DNA of 64,000 nucleotides from an uncultured Bacillota bacterium. GTDB taxonomy: Bacteria > Bacillota_I > Bacilli_A > RF39 > UBA660. A program made the translations under genes and the position numbers. The stretch lies in NCBI GenBank assembly GCA_905212975.1, contig CAJMGO010000002.1, forward strand, positions 27,873-91,872. The letters are read 5' to 3'. Within the stretch, counting starts at the first letter, position 1; each line of letters begins with the position of its first letter. The notes under the pieces were generated by a model. It saw only the letters and a program-made list of their open reading frames with translations, searched no databases and was not told where the DNA came from. Below are positions 10,045 through 17,908 of the stretch, one piece after another.

Positions 10045-10641
10045 TTATAAAACATTATTTTTTATTTCTTCACTATTTAATATATAGCCAACTAAATATT
10101 TTTCACTTGATGAGGCAATACATAATTTTGTAGGTTCAAAAGGTATAGAAGAATAAACCATAGAAACTGAACTAACTTGATTTAATGGTATATTAACCTC
10201 TGCTATATGAAATAATACTTTTACTTTCCCATATATTTTTTCATTATCAACAACAAGTTCTTGTTTTAGATAGTTTTTCATTGCTATATATACAAGAATA
10301 GCCCAAATAATTCCAATAGCCCAAGTTATAAAACCAATAGCACCAAAAGATTCCATTCCCGTCATTCTTCCTGTATTAGAGTTATAATATGTTGAATAAG
10401 AAGAAAAAATATTTCCTAAAATAATACCACTAACAAAGAATATAACTATTATCAATATAATTTTTATAGTGCTATTTTTTTTAATAAGATTTTTATCAAA
10501 TATTGCTTTTATATTTTCCCCATCTTTTTTAGTATCATTTTTCTTTCCCTTTTCCTCTTCAATAGGGCAACCACAATGAATACATTTCGTTGCCTTATCA
10601 CTTATTTCTTTTCCACACTCATTACATTTAATTAAAGCCAT
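10045..10641 (-). CDS. Zinc-ribbon domain membrane protein
   Basis: N-terminal CNECG...CIHCGC zinc ribbon followed by transmembrane helices. Start taken at the MALIKC methionine. Confidence 0.6.
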   Translation of the reverse strand: MALIKCNECGKEISDKATKCIHCGCPIEEEKGKKNDTKKDGENIKAIFDKNLIKKNSTIKIILIIVIFFVSGIILGNIFSSYSTYYNSNTGRMTGMESFGAIGFITWAIGIIWAILVYIAMKNYLKQELVVDNEKIYGKVKVLFHIAEVNIPLNQVSSVSMVYSSIPFEPTKLCIASSSEKYLVGYILNSEEIKNNVL

Positions 10642-10690
10642 ATAAACCACATACTCCTTTCGTAAAATATATAAGCAAGTTGCCTATATA

Positions 10691-11092
10691 CTATTTAACT
10701 TTTGTAAAAATATAATCTTTGTTTTCAATTTCGTTATCTGATAAATCAGTATTATGTAATTTTTCAACATAATCTAAAATATCATTAGAACATTTTACTT
10801 GTTTTAAAGTATTCTCATCTTTAAGTTTTAAACACATAATAGGGTAAGAACTACCCGGTATCACTCTTAATATTTCATCGTTTTTAATGAAAATACTATT
10901 ATCGCCAAGAACGAAATCTAAATTGATATAATCTTTGTTAATAACAATATTACTATTGAAACTGCTTTCATCTTCACCTACATAATTAGTAATTTCCCAA
11001 GACCCATAAAACTTATCATAATTTTTTCCACAACCACAAACTCCTAATAGTATTATTCCACATAGCATAAATAAACTTATTTTCTTTTTCAT
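10691..11092 (-). CDS. Lipoprotein
   Basis: Signal peptide with a lipobox-like LLGVCGC sequence. Confidence 0.6.
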   Translation of the reverse strand: MKKKISLFMLCGIILLGVCGCGKNYDKFYGSWEITNYVGEDESSFNSNIVINKDYINLDFVLGDNSIFIKNDEILRVIPGSSYPIMCLKLKDENTLKQVKCSNDILDYVEKLHNTDLSDNEIENKDYIFTKVK

Positions 11093-11203
11093 AAAACATA
11101 CTCCTTTCCTATAATCTATTATACCATATATTTTTCTTTTTGTCGTTAGCTGTAAGACATATTTTTTGCTTATTTTTTGGGAAAATATTATTAGGTGGTA
11201 TTT

Positions 11204-11482
11204 ATGGCAAAAGAAAGTAGTAAATATAATGATGATTATTATTATAAGTTAGCAAGACTAAATATTAAAAAGTATAGAAACATAAAGAACTATACTACAC
11301 AAGAATTAGCCGACAAATGCGACTTAACACATCAATTTATTAGAGATTTAGAGTGTATTAAACTAACAAGGCGACCAAGACTTGATACATTAGGTAGAAT
11401 CGCAAATGCTCTTGATATAGATATTAGAGAATTATTTGAACCAATAGAAGAGGATACAAAAAATAAGAGTGATGAAGAATAA
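11204..11482 (+). CDS. XRE-family (Cro/CI-type) HTH transcriptional regulator
   Basis: YTTQELADKCDLTHQFIRDLE HTH. AGGTGGT Shine-Dalgarno sequence before the ATG at 11204. Confidence 0.7.
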   Translation: MAKESSKYNDDYYYKLARLNIKKYRNIKNYTTQELADKCDLTHQFIRDLECIKLTRRPRLDTLGRIANALDIDIRELFEPIEEDTKNKSDEE

Positions 11483-11504
11483 AATCTTTTATCACTCTTT
11501 TATT
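11465..11504 (+). terminator. Rho-independent terminator after the XRE gene
   Basis: AAGAGTGAT-17 nt-ATCACTCTT followed by TTATT. Confidence 0.55.
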
Positions 11505-11619
11505 ATGATAGAATCTTATTTTAAGCCTTTTTAGGTGGTGTATTAAGGTAAAAACAATTAAATCTATTATTTATATATGAAAAGGCTTTTTGCCGTTAAA
11601 ACAAGCCTTAAAAGGTTGG

Positions 11620-12072
11620 TTATTTATTACCATCTATTCTTTCTTTTAACTCATCTAAAACTGTTTTCCAGTTTTCATCTAATTCAAAGTGTTTTAAACC
11701 TTTTTTTATATCAAGTATATTTCCTATAAAAACTCTTGAACATATTTCTTCATAAGCCTTTTGTGTATCATATTCTTTCTCGTATGCTTTAAAATAATCA
11801 GGTAAAACACCAATTAAATCGTATGCTCCTTTTATAATTGACCTTAACAATCTTAAACTTTTGTATTTTGTAATTTCATCAGTAGAGTTTATATCAAAAT
11901 CAAAGTCTAAATCATATACTTTATATGTTCTTTGAATATAAGGTATAATATACTTTTTTATATTGCTATCTAATAAAGTTTTATCAACACAAGAATATAA
12001 GTTTTCTTTTTCTATTTTATCTTGTTCTATTAAGTCATCACATAATAAATCTAATACATTTATCTTTTTCAT
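11620..12072 (-). CDS. Hypothetical protein (150 aa), element cargo
   Basis: ORF 2 nt downstream of the 301-aa cargo gene. No recognisable motifs. Confidence 0.5.
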   Translation of the reverse strand: MKKINVLDLLCDDLIEQDKIEKENLYSCVDKTLLDSNIKKYIIPYIQRTYKVYDLDFDFDINSTDEITKYKSLRLLRSIIKGAYDLIGVLPDYFKAYEKEYDTQKAYEEICSRVFIGNILDIKKGLKHFELDENWKTVLDELKERIDGNK

Positions 12073-12073
12073 A

Positions 12074-12979
12074 TTAGCTATTCCTTTCGTAATACTCTTT
12101 AAATTGTTCTATAATATCTTTTAACTCTTTGTATGCTATATCAATGTTATCATCACTTATATTTTGAGATATACCTTTTAATCTATTAAATACATTAACA
12201 TAGGTAATATCTTTTACAATAGATATATCTTGTATTAGATAACTCTCTGAAAGATAAAAGTTAAAAATATTTAAAACTGCTTTATCTTTATATGTTTGGT
12301 AATCTATAATGGCATTATTTAAGTCTTTAACTCTATTAAGCGTATCAAAAATAAAATATAATTGCTCTGGATCTTTGTTTAAATCAATTCCTGTTCTTTT
12401 ATAGTAATCACTTATAAATTTATCATTGAGTTGTTTTTGTTTTTCACTATCAAATAATGTGCTACTTTTAATATCTAAATTGACCATAAACTTAAAATTA
12501 ACTTTTTTAGCCAATTTATCATTTGCTACTTTATGATACATCATTTTTTTACTATCAACTAACATATCAAAATTAACCTTATCTAAAATATCTATTAACA
12601 TATCAACATAAGTTTCAAGTGGTTTTATGTTATATTTTATATTTCTTGATTTACACTCATTTATTTCATCTACAATACTCTCAATATTGTCATATAATAA
12701 GATACAATTACTATCATAGCATTTTCTTATCTTGTTCTTGTATTTGTTAAGATAACTATTAAGCAAATGAAGTATGTTATTTATTTTACTTGTTAAAGGA
12801 ACATAGTTTAATGAAAATAACATATTGTTAAGAGATATAATAGTGTTATATGTTTCATATACTAACTCGTATTGTAGTGGGTAGTCTTTTATTTTTATAT
12901 TAAAAGCACTCTCAAACTTTCTCATATAGATAGATTTATTAAAATATTTCTTGTCAAGTTTATTGTGATATTTTCCCAT
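12074..12979 (-). CDS. Hypothetical protein (301 aa from MGKYHNK), element cargo; weak resemblance to Abi_2 (AbiD/AbiF) proteins
   Basis: Start chosen at the ATG 12977-12979 with an AAGGAG Shine-Dalgarno sequence. The longer ORF extends to 13066. No catalytic motifs are visible. Confidence 0.5.
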   Translation of the reverse strand: MGKYHNKLDKKYFNKSIYMRKFESAFNIKIKDYPLQYELVYETYNTIISLNNMLFSLNYVPLTSKINNILHLLNSYLNKYKNKIRKCYDSNCILLYDNIESIVDEINECKSRNIKYNIKPLETYVDMLIDILDKVNFDMLVDSKKMMYHKVANDKLAKKVNFKFMVNLDIKSSTLFDSEKQKQLNDKFISDYYKRTGIDLNKDPEQLYFIFDTLNRVKDLNNAIIDYQTYKDKAVLNIFNFYLSESYLIQDISIVKDITYVNVFNRLKGISQNISDDNIDIAYKELKDIIEQFKEYYERNS

Positions 12980-13170
12980 AGTATCAACTCCTTGGTTATA
13001 TACTATATCAATTATATAGACCTCGTGTCTGCTCCCAAAATGAAAAAAAGTGATATTTTTTATCACTTTTTAACTTAATTAGGTAATTTTGGGTAAAAGA
13101 ACAGCCTAATTAAGTATATAATTGCTTGATTTAGTCTGATTTAGTTTGAATGGAGTATAACTAAGAAATA

Positions 13171-13422
13171 TTATAATTGGCTAATCCGTGTATATTTGTC
13201 GTATTTAGCCTCGATAGTTTTACAAAGACTATCGATTCTATTTTCAATATTATTTTTTGAATTATTATTTTCATATTCCATATTTAGGTATTTTAAGAAC
13301 TTATTTACAAGTATATTATTCGGCTCCTTTCCAGTATGTTTCATAATACTTAACTTTATAAGTTCTTTTTTTATTGTAGTAGTATCTACAAACATTTCAT
13401 TTTCATTTAATTCGTTATTCAT
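13171..13422 (-). CDS. Hypothetical small acidic protein (83 aa)
   Basis: Minus-strand ORF. A CACAAAGG...CCTTTGTG inverted repeat lies in its upstream region (13456-13482). Confidence 0.4.
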   Translation of the reverse strand: MNNELNENEMFVDTTTIKKELIKLSIMKHTGKEPNNILVNKFLKYLNMEYENNNSKNNIENRIDSLCKTIEAKYDKYTRISQL

Positions 13423-13738
13423 TTTTCAATTTTTCCTTTCTTATATTTTCATTCACAAAGGTTGGTTCCTTGCCTTTGTGATTTCATCTTATCAAAGTTT
13501 TTTTCAAAAAAATATAGTTTTTAAGCCACTTTTTTACTATTGTTTTTACTTATTTTTGTCCGAAATAATAGTACTTTTTCGTATTTTTTCTTTTATTTTC
13601 AAAAGGTCTATTTTTCAAATAGCCTTTTTTTCGTATTCGTTTTAAATTTTTATTGTTGTTATTCTAATTGTGCTTAAGCAAGAAACGAAAGGATTTAATA
13701 AAAATCTTATGTCGGCATAAGTTTAATTAGGTGAACTT

Positions 13739-13825
13739 ATGAAAATAACAAATCATTTTGATGAAAAGGGTAGAAAATTAGAAGATATATTAGAACAATT
13801 TTTACTTAAAATTTGTTTAGATTAA
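13739..13825 (+). CDS. Candidate small ORF (28 aa) upstream of the recombinase
   Basis: AGGTGA Shine-Dalgarno sequence 5 nt before the ATG. Translation MKITNHFDEKGRKLEDILEQFLLKICLD. Confidence 0.25.
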   Translation: MKITNHFDEKGRKLEDILEQFLLKICLD

Positions 13826-13838
13826 ATCGTTATAATCC

Positions 13839-13867
13839 TTTAAAAATAAAGGAAAAAATGATATAAT
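13839..13867 (+). promoter_or_regulatory. Putative sigma-A promoter with extended -10 (TGaTATAAT) for the recombinase gene
   Basis: TG-N-TATAAT at 13859-13867 with a weak -35 TTTAAA 17 nt upstream. Confidence 0.3.
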
Positions 13868-13904
13868 ATATATATCAATATGTGTTCTACCAAAGGGAGG
13901 AATT

Positions 13905-15488
13905 ATGAATTTAAGGAACACATGGAAAGCCGGTATTTATATAAGACTTTCCAAAGTCGATGAAGACGAAGAAAAAAATGAAAGTGAAAGTATAACGAAT
14001 CAAAGAAGTTTTATAATTTCATTTTTACAAGAAAATGGCTTTGAATTATATGATGAATATATTGATGATGGACTTACTGGAACAAGTTTTGATAGACCGT
14101 CTTTTAATAGAATGATTGACGATATTGAAAATAAAAGAATTAATATGGTTATTACAAAAGATGCTTCAAGATTAGGAAGAAATAATGAAGAATTTATTGG
14201 CTATGCTGAAAGATATTTTCCTGAACATAATATAAGATATATTTCTATACTTGATGGAATTGATACTTACTTAGATAATGTTGGCAATGACATGATACAA
14301 ATAAAAGGTATGATGAACGAATGGTATAGTAAAGATATATCTAAAAAGATTAAAGCGAGTATAGAAACAAAAAAGAAACAAGGGTTATTTCTAGGTGGGT
14401 ATACCCCTTATGGTTACAAACATGATCCAAGAAATAAATATAAACTTATCATTGATGAAAATGTAAGTGATAATGTTAAACTTATTTATGATATGTTCGT
14501 AAAGGGCAATAGTTTAGGAAAAATAGCAAAGTATCTTACTGAAAAGAAAATACCAACACCAAGTGTTTATAAAAATATGAATTTTAATAAAGATAGAAAG
14601 ACAAGAAACATTTGGGAGCCAAGAACTATTGATGATATACTAAAAAATCCTACATATATTGGTAATTTAGCACAAAATAGAAGAAGAAAAATAAACTATA
14701 AGTCAAAAAAAATAATTGCTAATCCAAAAGATAAATGGATTATAGCAGAAAATACACATGAACCAATAATTGACTTAGAAACTTTTGAAATGGTACAAAA
14801 TATTTATTCAAAAAATAAAAATAGAAATGAGAAATCACATGACCATTTGTTAAGAGGTTTTCTATTTTGTAAAGAATGTGGACATACTTTAGGAATTCAA
14901 CAAAGTAGCGATAAAAAAAGAAACTATATGATATGTAATCATTATAGAAAGTATGGAAAAAATAGTTTTTGTTCTCCACATAGTAATAGATATGAAGATG
15001 TTGAAGAATTGGTATTGAAAGAAATAAGAAAAATGTGTAAGAAATGCGTTAATAAGAAAAAATTTGAAAGTATCTTAAAAAATAATACTAAAAAAAGCAA
15101 AATGTTAGAAGAGATAAATAATAAAATTGAAAAAGCAACTAATTTATTATTAAACAATAAAGAATCTATTAAAACAATATACAAAGACAGAGCAAAAGGG
15201 CTTGTAGATTTAGAAACATATAAAGAAGTTTATAATGATTTAATAAACGAAACTAATGAAACTAAAATTTTAATTGATGAATTAGAAAAAAGTAAAAAAA
15301 GTTTATTAAATAATAAATTATATGATAATTATAATTATGAAGAAATTGTTGAAGAGTATTTATCAATGAAAAAACCTAACAAATTACTTTTATCTAATAT
15401 TATTGATAGAATAACTATTGATGAAAATAAAAATGTTGATATTTACTATAAAATCAAACCTATTTTTGATTATGAAATAGGAAAATAA
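13905..15488 (+). CDS. Large serine recombinase (integrase)
   Basis: Resolvase catalytic domain (GIYIRLSKVDE, catalytic Ser), a recombinase domain, a zinc-ribbon (CKECGH...C..C) and a C-terminal coiled coil. 527 aa. Confidence 0.88.
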   Translation: MNLRNTWKAGIYIRLSKVDEDEEKNESESITNQRSFIISFLQENGFELYDEYIDDGLTGTSFDRPSFNRMIDDIENKRINMVITKDASRLGRNNEEFIGYAERYFPEHNIRYISILDGIDTYLDNVGNDMIQIKGMMNEWYSKDISKKIKASIETKKKQGLFLGGYTPYGYKHDPRNKYKLIIDENVSDNVKLIYDMFVKGNSLGKIAKYLTEKKIPTPSVYKNMNFNKDRKTRNIWEPRTIDDILKNPTYIGNLAQNRRRKINYKSKKIIANPKDKWIIAENTHEPIIDLETFEMVQNIYSKNKNRNEKSHDHLLRGFLFCKECGHTLGIQQSSDKKRNYMICNHYRKYGKNSFCSPHSNRYEDVEELVLKEIRKMCKKCVNKKKFESILKNNTKKSKMLEEINNKIEKATNLLLNNKESIKTIYKDRAKGLVDLETYKEVYNDLINETNETKILIDELEKSKKSLLNNKLYDNYNYEEIVEEYLSMKKPNKLLLSNIIDRITIDENKNVDIYYKIKPIFDYEIGK

Positions 15489-15491
15489 AAA

Positions 15492-15511
15492 ACTTAATTG
15501 AACAATTAAGT
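15492..15511. repeat. Perfect palindrome ACTTAATTG-AA-CAATTAAGT 4 nt after the recombinase stop codon
   Basis: Two 9-bp perfect arms around a 2-nt centre. There is no downstream T-run, so it is unlikely to act as a terminator. Confidence 0.6.
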
Positions 15512-15610
15512 AAAATTTATACATTGTGTTATCACTTTGGAAGCAGGCACACGTTTGCCCAATTCATACTCATGTAATAAATAAACATATATATAAACAT
15601 ACATATACAC

Positions 15611-15711
15611 CACAATATTCATGTTCAGAAGAATGTCAAACAGTTAATCTTGATTGTGGAAAATGTTCTGGTTTTGTAGGACGATAAGAAGACTTTTTTA
15701 AGTCTTTTTTT
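15611..15711. repeat. Direct repeat copy 1 (~100 bp): 3' coding end plus terminator of the Cys-rich small gene
   Basis: About 97% identical to 17755-17851. Differences are TGT/TGC and CGA/CAA. Contains the AAGACT-tttttta-AGTCTT hairpin and a T-run. Confidence 0.8.
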
Positions 15712-15812
15712 ATAAACTAAAATGTTTATAAATATTACAATTACAGGTTAAAAACTTTTTCTAATGATTAAAATATATCAATTGGTGCGAACGAATATTC
15801 AATATAATCATA

Positions 15813-16022
15813 TTAGCAGGTAAATAGAATGGAGGCTAACATGAATAATGTTATTGTTAAAAATGAAGTTGTAATAGAAGATTTAACATTTATTTTGTTG
15901 TTTTCGATTTGATTTAAGTAAGATAATGTTGTACCTAGAACTTCTGCAAATTTTTCTTGAGATAAGTTATATTTTTTACGATAATACTTCAAGTTTATTG
16001 CTAAAATTTCACATAAATTCAT
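15813..16022 (-). CDS. Short XRE-family HTH protein
   Basis: LSQEKFAEVLGTTLSYLNQIENNK HTH. AGGAGGT Shine-Dalgarno sequence. Divergent from the zinc-ribbon genes. Confidence 0.55.
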   Translation of the reverse strand: MNLCEILAINLKYYRKKYNLSQEKFAEVLGTTLSYLNQIENNKINVKSSITTSFLTITLFMLASILFTC

Positions 16023-16145
16023 AACATACCTCCTAACTGAAGCTCTAAAATTATTTTATACTTTAACGAAAGTAAAGCAAATTGGAAATATAGACAAAAT
16101 TTTGAAAATAATGTATAATTATTTGGTAAGGTAGAGGAGTGAATA

Positions 16146-16505
16146 TTGTATTGCAAAAATTGTGGAAATGTATTAGACAGTAATTCTAAATTTTGTTCCA
16201 GTTGTGGGGCAAAACAGGAAATACAAAATGTTCAATTAAATAATGTAAATTCCAAGAAAAAGGATAAATTAACTAAAATATTAGGTATTTGTACTGGAAC
16301 ATCATTTGGTTTATTTATTATTATTTTGTTTTTAGGGGTAATTCTTTGTTTCCCAAATCCTCAGACTGGAGATAATATTAGTGGTTTAACTTTTGATTTA
16401 TTTGGGGAATGTGCTGGAACTATGATTGTTATAAGTATTGTATTGGTTATATTGATTGTGATATTAAGTGTAATTAAATCAAATAAAAATAAAAGGAGTT
16501 GTTAA
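16146..16505 (+). CDS. Zinc-ribbon domain membrane protein (TTG start)
   Basis: N-terminal CKNCG...CSSCG motif followed by transmembrane segments. The first codon is TTG, preceded by AGAGGAG. Confidence 0.55.
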   Translation: MYCKNCGNVLDSNSKFCSSCGAKQEIQNVQLNNVNSKKKDKLTKILGICTGTSFGLFIIILFLGVILCFPNPQTGDNISGLTFDLFGECAGTMIVISIVLVILIVILSVIKSNKNKRSC

Positions 16506-16506
16506 T

Positions 16507-17580
16507 ATGTATTGTAAAAATTGTGGAAAAAATTTAAATCAAGGAGAAATGTTTTGTTCTAATTGTGGAACAAAAATAGAAAATGGAAATAATCTAGTTG
16601 GAGGAAATACTTTAAATCAAAATATTCAGAATCCAACAATATCAAATGTTAATAATTTTGATAATAATGTAAATGTAAATCAACAAGCATTTAATCAAAA
16701 TTTTGTAGATAATCAGGAACAAATGAGTAATGTCTATCAACAAGCACAATATACACACCTACAACAACCAATTAAACCTAAAAAAAATAAATTAATTAAG
16801 ATTTTAGCCATTATTGGTGGTTTAGTAGTAGGGCTTATTATTTTATTTGTAATTATATTTTCTATAACATCAGCTAGTTCAGAAAAACTCGTTTGTAAAT
16901 CAAGTGAGGGAAATATTACCATAATGTATAATGAAAAAGGAATTACAGGATATACTGCAAGTGGAATGAGTTATGATTTAGATACTCAAAAAAAATATGC
17001 TAAAGAAGTTGGTATAGATGCTTATATAACAGAGTTTGATAATTGGTTTAAGTCTAATACCTCAGGTTATTGTACTATTGATGGAGAAAAAGTATCAAAA
17101 GGAGAAATAAAGGATAATGATAAAAACAATAACAATAACAATGAAACTACTACAATAGTTGGAGATAATAAATATGGATATATTACTATTCCTAAAACTT
17201 GGGCAAAATTTTATGATGTAGATGGAAATACATCATTACAATATTCCTATGCAAATGTATATATTGTTTCTTTAAATTATTTTGAAGACAGTCGATATAC
17301 GGCAAAAGAGTATGCATCAAATTATATGTATAATAAAAAAAATTCAAGTGATGTAACGGGTGTTACTGGAGCAACAGTACAAATAGGTAAAAATAAAGAA
17401 TATACAGCATATCAAGTTTACATGTATTACCCATCTGATGGAACATATTTGGTTACCTATTGGTTTGAAGCAGAAGATGGTAAAGTTCATTATATTGCAC
17501 TTGAAGGACCAGAAGAATTAAGTGGAGTTAAAATAACTGATTACTTATATATTCCAGAAAGTTTTAGTTTAAATAAATAA
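16507..17580 (+). CDS. Zinc-ribbon domain membrane protein with an N/Q-rich linker and an extracytoplasmic C-terminal domain
   Basis: N-terminal CKNCG...CSNCG motif, a low-complexity N/Q tract, one transmembrane helix, then a ~250-aa domain of unknown function. Confidence 0.6.
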   Translation: MYCKNCGKNLNQGEMFCSNCGTKIENGNNLVGGNTLNQNIQNPTISNVNNFDNNVNVNQQAFNQNFVDNQEQMSNVYQQAQYTHLQQPIKPKKNKLIKILAIIGGLVVGLIILFVIIFSITSASSEKLVCKSSEGNITIMYNEKGITGYTASGMSYDLDTQKKYAKEVGIDAYITEFDNWFKSNTSGYCTIDGEKVSKGEIKDNDKNNNNNNETTTIVGDNKYGYITIPKTWAKFYDVDGNTSLQYSYANVYIVSLNYFEDSRYTAKEYASNYMYNKKNSSDVTGVTGATVQIGKNKEYTAYQVYMYYPSDGTYLVTYWFEAEDGKVHYIALEGPEELSGVKITDYLYIPESFSLNK

Positions 17581-17600
17581 AAAAAAGAATTTGATAAAAT

Positions 17601-17831
17601 ATGGAAACAAAATCATTTAGATATGATTTTACTATGAAGGAATTAAAATATTATCTTTTTAATAAAAAGAATTGTCCGAAATGTAAAAGCAAGATGACAA
17701 AAAGCAAACAATACGAAGTAGTTGATGGTTCAAATTTGAGTACAGCTTCAACATCACAATATTCATGTTCAGAAGAATGCCAAACAGTTAATCTTGATTG
17801 TGGAAAATGTTCTGGTTTTGTAGGACAATAA
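17601..17831 (+). CDS. Small Cys-rich protein (76 aa) with zinc-ribbon-like motifs
   Basis: CPKCKSK...CSEEC...CGKC. Its 3' end and terminator form repeat copy 2. Confidence 0.5.
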   Translation: METKSFRYDFTMKELKYYLFNKKNCPKCKSKMTKSKQYEVVDGSNLSTASTSQYSCSEECQTVNLDCGKCSGFVGQ

Positions 17832-17851
17832 GAAGACTTTTTTAAGTCTTT
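17755..17851. repeat. Direct repeat copy 2 (partner of 15611-15711)
   Basis: See copy 1. Confidence 0.8.
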
Positions 17852-17908
17852 TTTTTAATTAGTGATATAATAAATGTATAATATAAAATATGTTAAGAGG
17901 TAATACGT

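Larger units (their letters stand above)
6650..15611. mobile_element. Integrative element of about 9 kb: serine recombinase, Rep, DnaB-like ATPase, Xis-like HTH, XRE regulator and cargo. IME- or satellite-like, with no virion genes
   Basis: Gene content between the HExxH gene and the direct repeat. The recombinase sits at the right edge. The left boundary is not defined by the sequence alone. Confidence 0.5.

Noticed and set aside
13196-13645. 149-aa plus-strand ORF overlapping gene 13171..13422
   Set aside because: F/L/I-rich low-complexity translation across an AT-rich intergenic region with no ribosome-binding site. The minus-strand gene is the better explanation.
14740-15184. Antisense ORFs within the serine recombinase gene
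   Set aside because: Embedded in a high-confidence coding sequence; low-complexity translations.
15580-15610. CATATA/ACATAT-rich tract considered as a CRISPR or microsatellite
   Set aside because: It is a single short low-complexity stretch with no repeat-spacer periodicity. It is noted only as the context of the direct repeat.
17832-17908. Possible Mg2+ riboswitch (M-box) upstream of mgtA
   Set aside because: Only about 77 nt of leader, most of it the terminator hairpin of the upstream gene. That is too short for an M-box of roughly 160 nt.
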